DNA of 63,010 nucleotides from a virus (lineage: Duplodnaviria; Caudoviricetes). Shown one piece after another: positions 31,273 to 40,953 of this stretch; the stretch's first letter is position 1, and every line of letters begins with the position of its first letter. The position numbers were made by a program, and so were the translations under genes. The stretch spans positions 1 to 63,010 of the IMG/VR virus record IMGVR_UViG_3300044638_001695; one strand, 5' to 3'. The notes beneath the pieces were generated by a model that had not been told where the DNA came from, made no database searches, and saw nothing but the letters and a program-made list of their open reading frames with translations.

Positions 31273-31955
31273 TTGTCCATCTCCGATGCGGCTAATATCA
31301 TTCGGGTCTTAACGGATATCAAGTCCCGTGGCTCTTGTTTGAACCCTACAGCAATATACCCAGCAAACTTGCCAATCTCGTTGGGGATTGAAGCCCTGCA
31401 CATGTAAGTAACGCCCATCAGCTTTGCCCACTCACCAACAGGGCTAGATGACTCAAACGGCTTACACGCTACTTCGTTGTTTAACATTGAGACTACATCT
31501 GCATTGCGCTCAGGGCTGGCGGCAAACAGGCTAACAGTTAAACCTTCAAGCTTGTGGTTGCGCTCACCGTTTGCAATAGCTAATACCGTCGTTCGGCTGT
31601 TTGTTGCAAGATTCACCTTGTTAATCACAACCCCAACAGCATTTACCTCTTTAACTAAAGCGTTTGCCAGAGGAAGCAACTGTTCATGTTCTTTAAGCTG
31701 CGGCATCGAGCTGCTGGACTTAATCGCAGCCAAGATGACCTGACGGCTATCCCAAGCAAAGTATCCGGTAAAAGCAATCGTGGACAGCAAAATGACGGAA
31801 ACAAGTTTAAACGGATTGTCCACCCATTTAATGAGATCAAGAATCTTGTCGGTCATGTCGCGTGGCGCAGCTTTGGGAGCAGCTTTAACCACAGGCTTTC
31901 GTGCTACCGCTCGCTTCACAGGCGCTCTGGCAACGGTCTTCTTTGCCGTGACCAT
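31269..31955 (-). CDS. Single-TM protein with probable GAF-like C-terminal domain (T4 holin T-like architecture)
   Basis: Basic N terminus, TM LVSVILLSTIAFTGYFAW, YMCRASIPNEIGKFAGYIAVGF. Confidence 0.5.
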   Translation of the reverse strand: MVTAKKTVARAPVKRAVARKPVVKAAPKAAPRDMTDKILDLIKWVDNPFKLVSVILLSTIAFTGYFAWDSRQVILAAIKSSSSMPQLKEHEQLLPLANALVKEVNAVGVVINKVNLATNSRTTVLAIANGERNHKLEGLTVSLFAASPERNADVVSMLNNEVACKPFESSSPVGEWAKLMGVTYMCRASIPNEIGKFAGYIAVGFKQEPRDLISVKTRMILAASEMDK

Positions 31956-32209
31956 TACTTATCGACCTTTGAGTCGAGCTTATCAAATATACGGTCTAAC
32001 AGCATTTCGATGCGATCAAAGCGCTTGTCCATATCTGCCCGCAGGCTCTCGACCTCAGACTTCTTGACATAATTCTCGCTCATGTGAAGCTCAAGCCTGC
32101 CAATATCGTTCTTGAGCTTCTCGACGGCGTCCCACAATTGGCGGCAAAACCACCCACCGACTGCAAGTAATGCTCCTGCGCCCAAGTTAATTAGATATTG
32201 CCAGTCCAT
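31955..32209 (-). CDS. Small TM plus coiled-coil protein (lysis-associated)
   Basis: INLGAGALLAVGGWF then heptads ENYVKK...RFDRIE. Confidence 0.65.
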   Translation of the reverse strand: MDWQYLINLGAGALLAVGGWFCRQLWDAVEKLKNDIGRLELHMSENYVKKSEVESLRADMDKRFDRIEMLLDRIFDKLDSKVDK

Positions 32210-32328
32210 TATGTATCCTTAAACACCGCAAAGATTACCCAAGGGATCAAGGCGGTCATAACAATCAAAATAACCGGAAGCAAAAAGATTGCTCCCAGCA
32301 AGCAAACGCTATTCTTAAGTAGGTTCAA
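32209..32328 (-). CDS. Possible 39-aa hydrophobic peptide (not in ORF track)
   Basis: TTG start; NLLKNSVCLLGAIFLLPVILIVMTALIPWVIFAVFKDT; TAATG coupling; weak RBS. Confidence 0.4.
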   Translation of the reverse strand: MNLLKNSVCLLGAIFLLPVILIVMTALIPWVIFAVFKDT

Positions 32329-32857
32329 CAGGCTCTACAAGCGCAACAGGTGGTACATAGTTAGGATCATGCGCCCAAGTAACTGGCGGTAAAGCCGCAA
32401 GCTCTGCGACCGTCGTGCAATTGGTAATAGCGATAATTTGTGCGTCACACTGTGTGCGGATTTCTTGACGCCAAGTGTTCCAATCCGTCGGGATGGCTGA
32501 CTTGGTTTCGTAGCCCTTGACCACACGCCAATCGCTTGGGAGCAGGATTGTGTACGCCTGTTGCTGAACGGCTGTCACGGCGTTGTTTTGCAGCGTGAAC
32601 AGGTCTTTTGGCGTGGCAGTATAGGTTACGTTCACGACGTTAAGCAGTGGGTCATACACAGGCGCGTTCTGGGTTACCCAGTAGTAAACATCTGAGGGCT
32701 GTGCGCCGTACACCACATCGACCATGCCGATAGCCGCTTTTTCTTCGGGGCTAGACAGGTTGCACCAGTTTTGAGCGTACTGAAGTCCATCCCATGTGAA
32801 GGCTGTGCCAGCGGGTACTAGGAGGGCGATCAAGCCGTTGGAGATTATTGCAAACAT
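32315..32857 (-). CDS. Tail fibre assembly chaperone-like protein
   Basis: SPEEKAAIG, LLPSDWRV, WRQEIR; follows fibre genes. Confidence 0.65.
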   Translation of the reverse strand: MFAIISNGLIALLVPAGTAFTWDGLQYAQNWCNLSSPEEKAAIGMVDVVYGAQPSDVYYWVTQNAPVYDPLLNVVNVTYTATPKDLFTLQNNAVTAVQQQAYTILLPSDWRVVKGYETKSAIPTDWNTWRQEIRTQCDAQIIAITNCTTVAELAALPPVTWAHDPNYVPPVALVEPVEPT

Positions 32858-32859
32858 AA

Positions 32860-33372
32860 CTACCTCGCTAAATATGAAATGGCTTTGAGCATTAAATCAG
32901 GGCTATCTTTAAGTAGCCCTATCCCTCTATTACACGCATCACAGAGCAATCCACGCACTCGACCTGATGTATGGCAATGGTCGATGTTTAATCGCTTCTT
33001 GTGATGGTCTGGCGGTGGTAAACTGCATATAGCGCAAAGACCTTTTTGACTTTCCAGCATTGCATCATATTCAAAAAAACCAATGCCGTAATTCTTTTTC
33101 ATTTGGTACTCAAGGTCGTATTCTTTTGACCGACTACGACCATGCTTATATGCAGGACTACCTTCACCTTTTCTACGCTGCAAACACCCACAAGACTGCG
33201 CTCTGCCCGTAGTCATTTGACCAAAGCCGATTACCTTTTCAGTGCCACAATCACACAACACTCGATATTTATAGCTACCGTTTTTAGACTTTTCTTGAGT
33301 CTGCTCCAATAGCGTAAGCATTGCTATCTTTGTGCCTGACTGGTCTTTATGGAATCTTCCTTGTGGCATCAT
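32860..33372 (-). CDS. Endonuclease VII-type homing endonuclease
   Basis: CDCG, SCGC, QKGLCAIC, IDHCHTSGRVRGLLCDACNRGIG. Confidence 0.85.
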   Translation of the reverse strand: MMPQGRFHKDQSGTKIAMLTLLEQTQEKSKNGSYKYRVLCDCGTEKVIGFGQMTTGRAQSCGCLQRRKGEGSPAYKHGRSRSKEYDLEYQMKKNYGIGFFEYDAMLESQKGLCAICSLPPPDHHKKRLNIDHCHTSGRVRGLLCDACNRGIGLLKDSPDLMLKAISYLAR

Positions 33373-33377
33373 ATTCC

Positions 33378-35747
33378 TTAGCGGGCAAGAGCGTTGCGAA
33401 ACGGCGATTCGGCAAATGCGGCATAAATATAAGTATTGCTTGTATTTATTGAACCGTCAATACCTCTAATTTTGAAACCGTTGCTTAGAAAGTCTATTCC
33501 AACTGCGTTAGTATCTGTAAATTCTGCGCCTGAAGTATTTGGAGATAGTTTTGAGTTAGATACGTTGTATGCGTTTCTAGCCGTATCTTCAATAATCCAA
33601 TCATTTGCGCTAGTTGTTGATTTAATTAGAACAAACTTAGGTCTAAACCCAAGATACGCAAATGGGCCATCACCCGAACCATTACCTGCATAGCTACCAA
33701 ACGCTGAGTATCCTGCTATGGGTGTCCAGCAGTAGGCGACTTGGGTTTGACCGCTACTGTTTATGTTGCTGCTTGTGCCGATACTAAAGACGGATGAACT
33801 AGGTAATGTGCTATTCCAAACCGTTGCGGCGGTTGCGCTTGCATTTGTTAGGTTTAAATAAATATAGCCAGTTGCGCCAAGTGCTGTGTGCCAGCTAATC
33901 CAGTTATCAGCAGAATTTCGTGGTTTGGTAATAATCAAACTAGGAGCAACACCCAACCCATGCCCAACAGTCGCATTAGCACCCGTACCCGTATACGTCA
34001 CCACACTAAACCCAGCACTAGCATTAACGCTTACAGTCGATGTGATTGAGCCGTTGGTGTTGGAAGATGTTGTGCCTTGTCCTGCTTGCCATTGCCAGCC
34101 GACGTAAGTTTGACCGCTACCCGCATTATTTACAGTTGAGTCTGAACTTGTACCAAGCGTAAACCCGTTTGAATTAAACGATAACAAACCTTGTGTTTGC
34201 GTAACTTCAGCGGCTGTCGAGTTTGATGCAAGTTGTTTATTTGCGCCGCGAACGCTGTCAAACAACGCGTGTTCATAAGCATTTGTTCTTGATTTGCCCC
34301 ATACTAAATCTGGTTTAAAGCCTGCAGCGTTTGTTATGACGTTTGTTGCACCTGTCCCAGCCCACAGGTTTATATCCATCACCGTATTGCCTTGCAAGAT
34401 AGTGCTAGTCGGCAAGTTAAACGTGTTCAGGGCTACAAAGCCTGATGGGGGTGTGTAGGCAAATGGTTGCTGTCCAAAATTAACAGATTGTGCGTTATTG
34501 GTTGTATAAAAGCCAAACATAGGCGCAAATGGTGCACTAATGTTAATAGTCGTACCGCCGCTATTAACAAGCGTATTGTTTTTGTAAAAATATATTTTGT
34601 TGGCATCTACATCTACAGCCACGCCAACAATATCGTTTAATGCAAGCGTTGCAAAACCAGATGTTGTTGTGCCGTTATTGTTTATAACGCCGTTTTCGTT
34701 GTATAAAACATCGCCAGCACCCTCTGTAGACAAAGATGCTGTTGTGGTTGTCAACCCCATGCTGAAGTTATTTGCCGATCCTGTGTTCTTGGTTTCCCAA
34801 TAAAACTTACCTGTGGATGGCAATGCAATGCTTGCACGAATTTGTGCGTTTCCTGTGCCGCCTGTATTTGTGCAAACCATGTTTGCATTTGATGTTACAA
34901 GGTTTGTATTAGCACGATCTAACGGATTCAACACAGTATAGTTAGCCGCCGTAGCACTTGTCAGCGTAGGCACATCGGTCATTGAGTCGTATGTAACGCC
35001 ACTCGTAATGCTGATGTTTGTTGTAACCCAATAGTTACCATTGCCACTAAAGTCTTTGCCCAAGCCTACGTTGCTGCTTGTGGTCAGCGCGGAGTTGTCT
35101 GTGAATGGTAAGTACGCCCCGTTTGTGCCATACGTGCCGCTGTATCGTGCTGGCTGCCACACGCCTGTTGTGGAACTGTACGAACCAAATGATGTTGGCG
35201 TAAGCGCTTGGCCGTCAATAAAATATGTTTCTGCCAAGTAGCCATCAAAACAACCGTACGATAAATGCGCTAATGAAATATAAGTAGCAGCGGCTTGATT
35301 GACAGCCCCATCAAAATTTAATGATGGATCAAACGTAGAAGAAAACGCTGTAACTTGCGTTCCGTTTACATAAATTTTTACACGATTTGACGCTGTGGCT
35401 TGAGTTGTATCCCACGCAACAACAATGTGATACCAAGCTGAAGGATCACGAAATACTTGTGTTGTTGTTCGCCATGCAACGGAATATGCAGTAAATGTAA
35501 AAGTATTAGAAGAACTGAAACCAATATTTGCAAAAGTTGCATCGGTTGTATTTGCCGGACCCGAAACTAATATATTTTGATTTGACCCAAGCGACCCACG
35601 TTTAACCCAAAAACTTAACGTCCAAGTTTTACGGTTACCGCTAGCAAAAGTACGCCCTAAAGTCGCACTCGCACTAGACCTAAACCGCAGCGAGCGTGTG
35701 AGGTTGTAGCCTGTGGATGCAGAGTTACCGCCTAATACTGTTAGCAT
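33378..35747 (-). CDS. Tail fibre / receptor-binding protein with ConA-like lectin and SPRY-like domains
   Basis: SLRFRSS, FRDPSAWYHIVVAWDTT, GKFYWE, VGVAVDVD, GFKPDLVWGK, YIYAAFAE. Confidence 0.8.
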   Translation of the reverse strand: MLTVLGGNSASTGYNLTRSLRFRSSASATLGRTFASGNRKTWTLSFWVKRGSLGSNQNILVSGPANTTDATFANIGFSSSNTFTFTAYSVAWRTTTQVFRDPSAWYHIVVAWDTTQATASNRVKIYVNGTQVTAFSSTFDPSLNFDGAVNQAAATYISLAHLSYGCFDGYLAETYFIDGQALTPTSFGSYSSTTGVWQPARYSGTYGTNGAYLPFTDNSALTTSSNVGLGKDFSGNGNYWVTTNISITSGVTYDSMTDVPTLTSATAANYTVLNPLDRANTNLVTSNANMVCTNTGGTGNAQIRASIALPSTGKFYWETKNTGSANNFSMGLTTTTASLSTEGAGDVLYNENGVINNNGTTTSGFATLALNDIVGVAVDVDANKIYFYKNNTLVNSGGTTINISAPFAPMFGFYTTNNAQSVNFGQQPFAYTPPSGFVALNTFNLPTSTILQGNTVMDINLWAGTGATNVITNAAGFKPDLVWGKSRTNAYEHALFDSVRGANKQLASNSTAAEVTQTQGLLSFNSNGFTLGTSSDSTVNNAGSGQTYVGWQWQAGQGTTSSNTNGSITSTVSVNASAGFSVVTYTGTGANATVGHGLGVAPSLIITKPRNSADNWISWHTALGATGYIYLNLTNASATAATVWNSTLPSSSVFSIGTSSNINSSGQTQVAYCWTPIAGYSAFGSYAGNGSGDGPFAYLGFRPKFVLIKSTTSANDWIIEDTARNAYNVSNSKLSPNTSGAEFTDTNAVGIDFLSNGFKIRGIDGSINTSNTYIYAAFAESPFRNALAR

Positions 35748-36058
35748 TATTCAGCCCAAGGTAAGGGTGAGGGTTGTGGGGCTACAACCTTTTGCGCGTC
35801 AATCTGAGCTTGTACCTCGGCTTCCCAACTGGCAATACGGTCAACACCAGCAGCGTCTTGAGTCCAGCCAATAGCTTGGGCTTCAGTCACTTGAGCGTAT
35901 GGCGTGTAGTTGTTTAGGTCAGCGGGAAGCAGGTTGAGCGAATAACTGACTTGACCTGTCAATCCGTTTTGCGTGTCTGACAACGTAAAGTTAGTCATTG
36001 TCACCGTGTCAGGTTTGACATCATTAGTGACCATCATTGAGTTAATTGTCCACTTCAT
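35747..36058 (-). CDS. Tail-associated protein
   Basis: ATG 36058 (MKWTINSM); TPYAQVTEAQAIGW, PLPW. Confidence 0.65.
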   Translation of the reverse strand: MKWTINSMMVTNDVKPDTVTMTNFTLSDTQNGLTGQVSYSLNLLPADLNNYTPYAQVTEAQAIGWTQDAAGVDRIASWEAEVQAQIDAQKVVAPQPSPLPWAE

Positions 36059-37866
36059 TACGCCACCGCCTGTGAGATGCCTTGTTGATAGAGGTTTGTG
36101 CCATCGCTCCTGAATACGAAGTAGTCCTTTGCGCCTGCTGCCGTGGACAAGGTTGGTGCTGTACCGCCAGCCCACTTGAATACTGCGTTCCATGTAAGCG
36201 TGTTGCTACCAGCGTTTTGTATCACAGCCAGAGCGTAGAAGCCACCGTTCTTTAGGTTCGTTGGTGCGCCCATCGTTCTATTTGACGATACAAACGTAAA
36301 CGTAGCGACTTGACCGCCAGCCGTGCCTGTGTTCCAAGCAATTGTAGCTGCATCAGTAAGCGTCAGGTTAGGCGAGTATGCCGAATCCACAACAACATAC
36401 CCATCGCCTTTTGGTGTCAGGGTAATGTCAACGTTGGTGTCTGAGCCTTGAGCAGATAATGTAGTTGTCGCTCCTGTAGCCCCACCCGTTACCTGTAGAT
36501 AATTAACAGCGGAGGCTGTGTGGGCTATTACAAATTGTTGCAGTCTTGATGGAAACTCACCATTTGTATAAAAAAGATGATTGCCCGTACCTTTCGAATA
36601 ATATTCAAGAAAAATATTTGTATCCGAACCTTTTGCATATATCTGCGGAGAACCCGTAGTCGCTTGCCCTCGAATTTCTACATAATTCACCGCACTAGCA
36701 ACAGGCGTGACACGCAGGGATTCTGCGCCGGGGGCTGCGCCTAGGGAGATTGCTCCTGATTGAATTGCAAGTCTGGTTACATATCCTGCGTTTACATCAC
36801 GAAAATAAGCATTTCCGTTAACATCAAAATATGTAGCGTTGGCATTAAAGTCCGAACTAAACGCATTAACCACAGTACCGTTGTTTGTGTAGTAGCCAGT
36901 TGAACCTGTAGCCGTAGTGTTGTTATATACGTTTCCACCAGTTACATCTAATTTCCCACTATTTGTGGTAGTGCCAATCCCCACATTACCATTAAAGAAG
37001 TTAGCAGCCGAACCCGCAGCGTAAAAGTTCCAACGTCCTGTTCCTGCACCTATGTTGCCGTAGAAACCAAAGTTGTTAGTTGCGCTTGTCATGGTATTTT
37101 CAGCATAAATACCGTATTGGTTTGTAACTGTGCCTGTAAATGTACCGGGATTCATGTACATATGAGCAAGAGCCGTAACAGTAGCTCCTGCTGCAACAGT
37201 CGGACTTGATAATATCAATATGCCATTTGCTGTTACATCTGATTGAATTGCTCCAGTAATACCAATTGCGTTGGCGCTTGTACCGCCTGTAATATTTTTA
37301 GATATATTCAAGTTATTAGTTGCAGAACTTGAACCAATCCCAACATTGCCCGTGTCATCAATCGTAACCGCTGAGTTTTGGATAATCTTGCCCGTTGTGC
37401 CGTCAAACCGTGCAATAGCGTTATCCGTAGCGGAGGCAGGACCGACCACATCGCCGCCCAAACCGCCGCCACTGACCACGTTCGTGCCATCGCAATACAA
37501 CAGCGCAGTTGATCCGTTAGGAACCGAAATCCCTGTACCCGCAGAAGTCTTAAGCGTTACTGCGTAGCCGCCTGTTACCGAGTTTTTGATAATGTAGACT
37601 TTAGATGCCGCAGGACAGATTACCGTAGCCGCCGCACCCGGTGCGCCTGAACATTGTAGGATGGCACAACGTGCTTCGTCTGTGGTTCCATCGGCAGTAG
37701 TCAGCGTATGACTAGCGGTAGTCCATGTATTAATCGTGGCAAGACCAGCAACAGCCTGCTCAACCATAGAAGTAATGTTGTTATTTACAACATCGCCCCA
37801 AGCGCCGTTTAGTTCACCTGTTACGGGAAGAGCAAGCTTAAGTATCGGGGTATACGCGGTTGTCAT
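36058..37866 (-). CDS. Tail fibre protein
   Basis: LALPVTGEL..WG, GPASATDNAIARFDGTTGK, GNVGIG repeats, duplicated ASAVNY...GSDTN module. Confidence 0.8.
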   Translation of the reverse strand: MTTAYTPILKLALPVTGELNGAWGDVVNNNITSMVEQAVAGLATINTWTTASHTLTTADGTTDEARCAILQCSGAPGAAATVICPAASKVYIIKNSVTGGYAVTLKTSAGTGISVPNGSTALLYCDGTNVVSGGGLGGDVVGPASATDNAIARFDGTTGKIIQNSAVTIDDTGNVGIGSSSATNNLNISKNITGGTSANAIGITGAIQSDVTANGILILSSPTVAAGATVTALAHMYMNPGTFTGTVTNQYGIYAENTMTSATNNFGFYGNIGAGTGRWNFYAAGSAANFFNGNVGIGTTTNSGKLDVTGGNVYNNTTATGSTGYYTNNGTVVNAFSSDFNANATYFDVNGNAYFRDVNAGYVTRLAIQSGAISLGAAPGAESLRVTPVASAVNYVEIRGQATTGSPQIYAKGSDTNIFLEYYSKGTGNHLFYTNGEFPSRLQQFVIAHTASAVNYLQVTGGATGATTTLSAQGSDTNVDITLTPKGDGYVVVDSAYSPNLTLTDAATIAWNTGTAGGQVATFTFVSSNRTMGAPTNLKNGGFYALAVIQNAGSNTLTWNAVFKWAGGTAPTLSTAAGAKDYFVFRSDGTNLYQQGISQAVA

Positions 37867-37875
37867 ATTCAGTCC

Positions 37876-38631
37876 TTACGTCGTGGCAATATCTTGCCAA
37901 TTTGATGTTTGAGCATCGTTGATATTTTGCCAGTTAGCGTTCTGGTTGTCATCTATTAATTCCCATAACGGCCTTGACGTCAGTTGATCCGAAATCGTTA
38001 CACCTTCAGACACCGCTGTTGCAAACACCATTATCGCGTTAAAAGCTTCTACCACCTGCGTAGCCTCGTTAACCGAAGCCACAAAATTCATTTGCGCACT
38101 GATTGCATCGCTTGCCACCGACAGCTCATTAACACTTGCACCAAGTACGTTCTGTACAACTACCTCATCTGAACCCGTAGCCGTGTCTTCAAACGATACA
38201 AAGAACGCAAAACCTACATCTAATGCTTCACTACCTACCGCGCTCTCGCTCACAGACGAGGCAAAATTCATAGCACCAGAACTTACATCAGAAGCTGTAG
38301 TCGTCTCATCTACTGATACCGCAAAATCCATTTTAGCCGCGTTTACCTCAGACCCAACCACCGCTTCTGCAACCGATGCTTCAAATGTACCTAGACTGCT
38401 AGACGCATCAGACACAACGGCGGACTCCGTAACGGCTGAATTAAACGCGCTTCCTGCCACTACCGTTGCATCTACAGAGGTACTGCTTTCTGTTACAGCC
38501 GAGTTAAACACGCTTCCTGCTACTACGGTTGCATCAACTGATGTGCTGGTTTCGGACACGGATCGGTCATAGACGGACATACCCCATCCGGCTTCACCCC
38601 AAGTGCCAGAACCCCAGCCGCCTTCAGCCAT
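37876..38631 (-). CDS. Acidic repetitive virion protein (~21-aa periodicity)
   Basis: N-terminal GWGSGTWGEAGWG; SVDATVVAGSxFNSAVTES repeated. Confidence 0.6.
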   Translation of the reverse strand: MAEGGWGSGTWGEAGWGMSVYDRSVSETSTSVDATVVAGSVFNSAVTESSTSVDATVVAGSAFNSAVTESAVVSDASSSLGTFEASVAEAVVGSEVNAAKMDFAVSVDETTTASDVSSGAMNFASSVSESAVGSEALDVGFAFFVSFEDTATGSDEVVVQNVLGASVNELSVASDAISAQMNFVASVNEATQVVEAFNAIMVFATAVSEGVTISDQLTSRPLWELIDDNQNANWQNINDAQTSNWQDIATT

Positions 38632-38632
38632 C

Positions 38633-38797
38633 TTAGACCGCTACAAGCTGAGCTTCGTCGAACCACCGTTGCTGCGTCCCGCGATCATCCGCCCATTCAA
38701 CCAAACATTGAACAGTGCCATCCTCAAGCATACGCATGGCTACGATAGGACCGCTAGGAGTCGCAACATTTAACTTAACCACATCACCTTTTTTCAT
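38633..38797 (-). CDS. Small SH3-like protein (54 aa, not in ORF track)
   Basis: MKKGDVVKL...CLVEW...QRWFDEAQL; AAGGA RBS. Confidence 0.65.
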   Translation of the reverse strand: MKKGDVVKLNVATPSGPIVAMRMLEDGTVQCLVEWADDRGTQQRWFDEAQLVAV

Positions 38798-38806
38798 GTT
38801 CATTCC

Positions 38807-39388
38807 TTATGCAGCATCAAGGCTAAAGGTGTAAGTAACATTAAGCTGGTCACCAGACGCAACAGAACGATCACCGGGGGCGGCAAAGTCAGAAGCAGAG
38901 AACAGTACGCCGGTTGTGCCACTTTTAGTGTTGTTGCTAATCAGAAACGCACCACCAACCGTAGCTGTCGCATCGATTGTGAAAGCCGATGGCGATGCCG
39001 AGTTTGTGATAACCGATGGGTCTGCTGTAGTCGCAGCGGCGAATGTAGCGGCTGGGCGCGTTGCATTGCTGTAAGGAACAATCTCTGTCCACCCAGCGTG
39101 AGAAGCTGCGGTATCACCTGCTGCTGGCGTATTGGAGGCTGCTGCGCCATATAGACCAATGTACCAAGTAGCTGTATAAGAGCTGCCTGAAAAATACTTG
39201 TCGTTCATGTCTTTTAAGCCGACGTTTACAACGAGGTTCTTTAGGTTCTCTTCCCACTTAACTTGACCATCAGCACCAATACACTGAACGGTATAGACGC
39301 CACCTGCGGCGACTTTATCTTGTGCGCCAACAGTGCGGGTAAGTGCCGCTGAAATTTTATCGCTTGACGATGCTTGATTAACTAACAT
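38807..39388 (-). CDS. Virion structural protein
   Basis: VKWEE..KNLVVNVG, WYIGL, GVLFSA, GDQLNVTY. Confidence 0.7.
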   Translation of the reverse strand: MLVNQASSSDKISAALTRTVGAQDKVAAGGVYTVQCIGADGQVKWEENLKNLVVNVGLKDMNDKYFSGSSYTATWYIGLYGAAASNTPAAGDTAASHAGWTEIVPYSNATRPAATFAAATTADPSVITNSASPSAFTIDATATVGGAFLISNNTKSGTTGVLFSASDFAAPGDRSVASGDQLNVTYTFSLDAA

Positions 39389-39399
39389 GAAAAACTCCT

Positions 39400-39831
39400 T
39401 TAAGCTGAACGCACGATTGCATTTTGGAAATCGGCTAGTGGAAAATTAATAACAAAGTTGCCACTAGACGTAGTTTTATCTTCACCGAAATCTAGTACGG
39501 CGATAGCAGGGTTTGTAACACCATCTGCCTTATAAATAAGCGCACCACGCGCAGTGATTGACGTAACAGGCCAAGTCACCGTTGCAAAGCTAATGAACGC
39601 CACACTATTAGATAGCGTTGGGTATGTAGAAATAGTAAGAACCTGCCCACCGGCGGTATACCCAGTGCCAGATGATTCGTCTGCGGTAGAGTACGCCGTA
39701 GTGTTTTGATTAAGCGTTGCGGCAGAGGTGTATAACGCTACTTTAAATACTTGCGTAGTCGTGCTGCTAAAGTTAAACACACCCTCTAGCAAGCCGCGCT
39801 TATACGAATCAACAATCGTTTGCGTAATCAT
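39400..39831 (-). CDS. Virion structural protein
   Basis: FKVALYTS, GTGYTAGG, ARGALIY, VLDFG.DK. Confidence 0.7.
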   Translation of the reverse strand: MITQTIVDSYKRGLLEGVFNFSSTTTQVFKVALYTSAATLNQNTTAYSTADESSGTGYTAGGQVLTISTYPTLSNSVAFISFATVTWPVTSITARGALIYKADGVTNPAIAVLDFGEDKTTSSGNFVINFPLADFQNAIVRSA

Positions 39832-40478
39832 GTCACATCCTGACGAAACTGACCCGAACGATACGCATCTTGACGCTGCTTGCCATCACCCAACTGCTTG
39901 AGCAACATAATAGACTGAAGATACAGTTTCTCGTAGAACGCAACCACATCAGGCTCGCCCTTGATAAACCGTATTGCTTCAATCAATGCGCCGTTAAGTA
40001 GCGCCGAATCAAAGTTATCGCCAAGCCATGATGTTCCGGCTGTGACAATCGACTCAGGGTAGTAGAAGTAATGAAGCTCTGCCGTATAAACAGCATCTGG
40101 CGTCGGACCGAGGATCAATGTCAGCTCAGTGTCGTCATTGCTATTCGGACCAAAGATTGCATAATACTTTGGCGTACCGGTGCTTGTAGGCGTTGGATAG
40201 GCTTGACGGATAAAGTTCACATCTTTGTTTAACAAGAACTCATACGCACCATTTGCCTTGACGATAGCCAAGGAATACACCGATAAGAAATCGGTTGGAG
40301 CGGATAGATACTTGTTGTTCGTCGATGTTACGCCCGTGACGTTCTTACGCAGGTTTGATATCTGAACAGTGTTGTAGATTTTCTGTTCAGCTTGCTTTGT
40401 AAACATAGCCAATTCATCTACCGTGAAAGAGTTCTCACAGATGTCAGCAATGTTTGTACAAAGTTCAGCGTAGTTCAT
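39828..40478 (-). CDS. Head-tail adaptor-like protein
   Basis: MNYAEL, QAEQKIY, GTPKYYA, LGPTPD, LLNGALIEA. Confidence 0.65.
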   Translation of the reverse strand: MNYAELCTNIADICENSFTVDELAMFTKQAEQKIYNTVQISNLRKNVTGVTSTNNKYLSAPTDFLSVYSLAIVKANGAYEFLLNKDVNFIRQAYPTPTSTGTPKYYAIFGPNSNDDTELTLILGPTPDAVYTAELHYFYYPESIVTAGTSWLGDNFDSALLNGALIEAIRFIKGEPDVVAFYEKLYLQSIMLLKQLGDGKQRQDAYRSGQFRQDVT

Positions 40479-40762
40479 GCCATCGGACCCCGTGCCATCT
40501 TACCTTTCGTCTGCGCTTTACCACCGCGCACTTGAATGCCGCTAGTTTTGGTTGGCGTATTTCTGTTGCCAACACTCACTCGCATAGCTTCTGTTGAGCA
40601 ATTAACTTGATTGCTCGACAAAGTGTTAGGATCAACACCGCCAGATACCGCAGCTTGCGCTGCGGCTGAATCAATCTTTTTACCTGTCATGGTGTGCGGC
40701 TCTGCGTAAACAGAAGCGGGACCCACTTCTTTGCCCATCATTTTTTGGCTATATTTACCCAT
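40475..40762 (-). CDS. Small basic protein
   Basis: C terminus GIQVRGGKAQTKGKMARGPMA. Confidence 0.7.
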   Translation of the reverse strand: MGKYSQKMMGKEVGPASVYAEPHTMTGKKIDSAAAQAAVSGGVDPNTLSSNQVNCSTEAMRVSVGNRNTPTKTSGIQVRGGKAQTKGKMARGPMA

Positions 40763-40764
40763 GA

Positions 40765-40944
40765 TTACCCCTGATTAGCGACTTTGGCTAGACCACGACC
40801 CATCTTCTTCATGGCTTCAGAAGTCACACCTGCTGACTTTTTGCCGCCCTTCATCCCCATGACTTTTGCGCCATCAGAACCCAAGTTCTGCACATCAGTC
40901 TTACCTTTTTTTGCTACGCCATCAGCGCCACGTTTATATGCCAT
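40765..40944 (-). CDS. Small basic protein (59 aa, not in ORF track)
   Basis: MAYKRGADGVAKKGKT...MKKMGRGLAKVANQG; AGGAG RBS. Confidence 0.7.
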   Translation of the reverse strand: MAYKRGADGVAKKGKTDVQNLGSDGAKVMGMKGGKKSAGVTSEAMKKMGRGLAKVANQG

Positions 40945-40953
40945 GATCGGCTC

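Noticed and set aside
33378-37866. Diversity-generating retroelement acting on tail fibres
   Set aside because: No reverse transcriptase, and no near-identical template/variable repeat pair seen.
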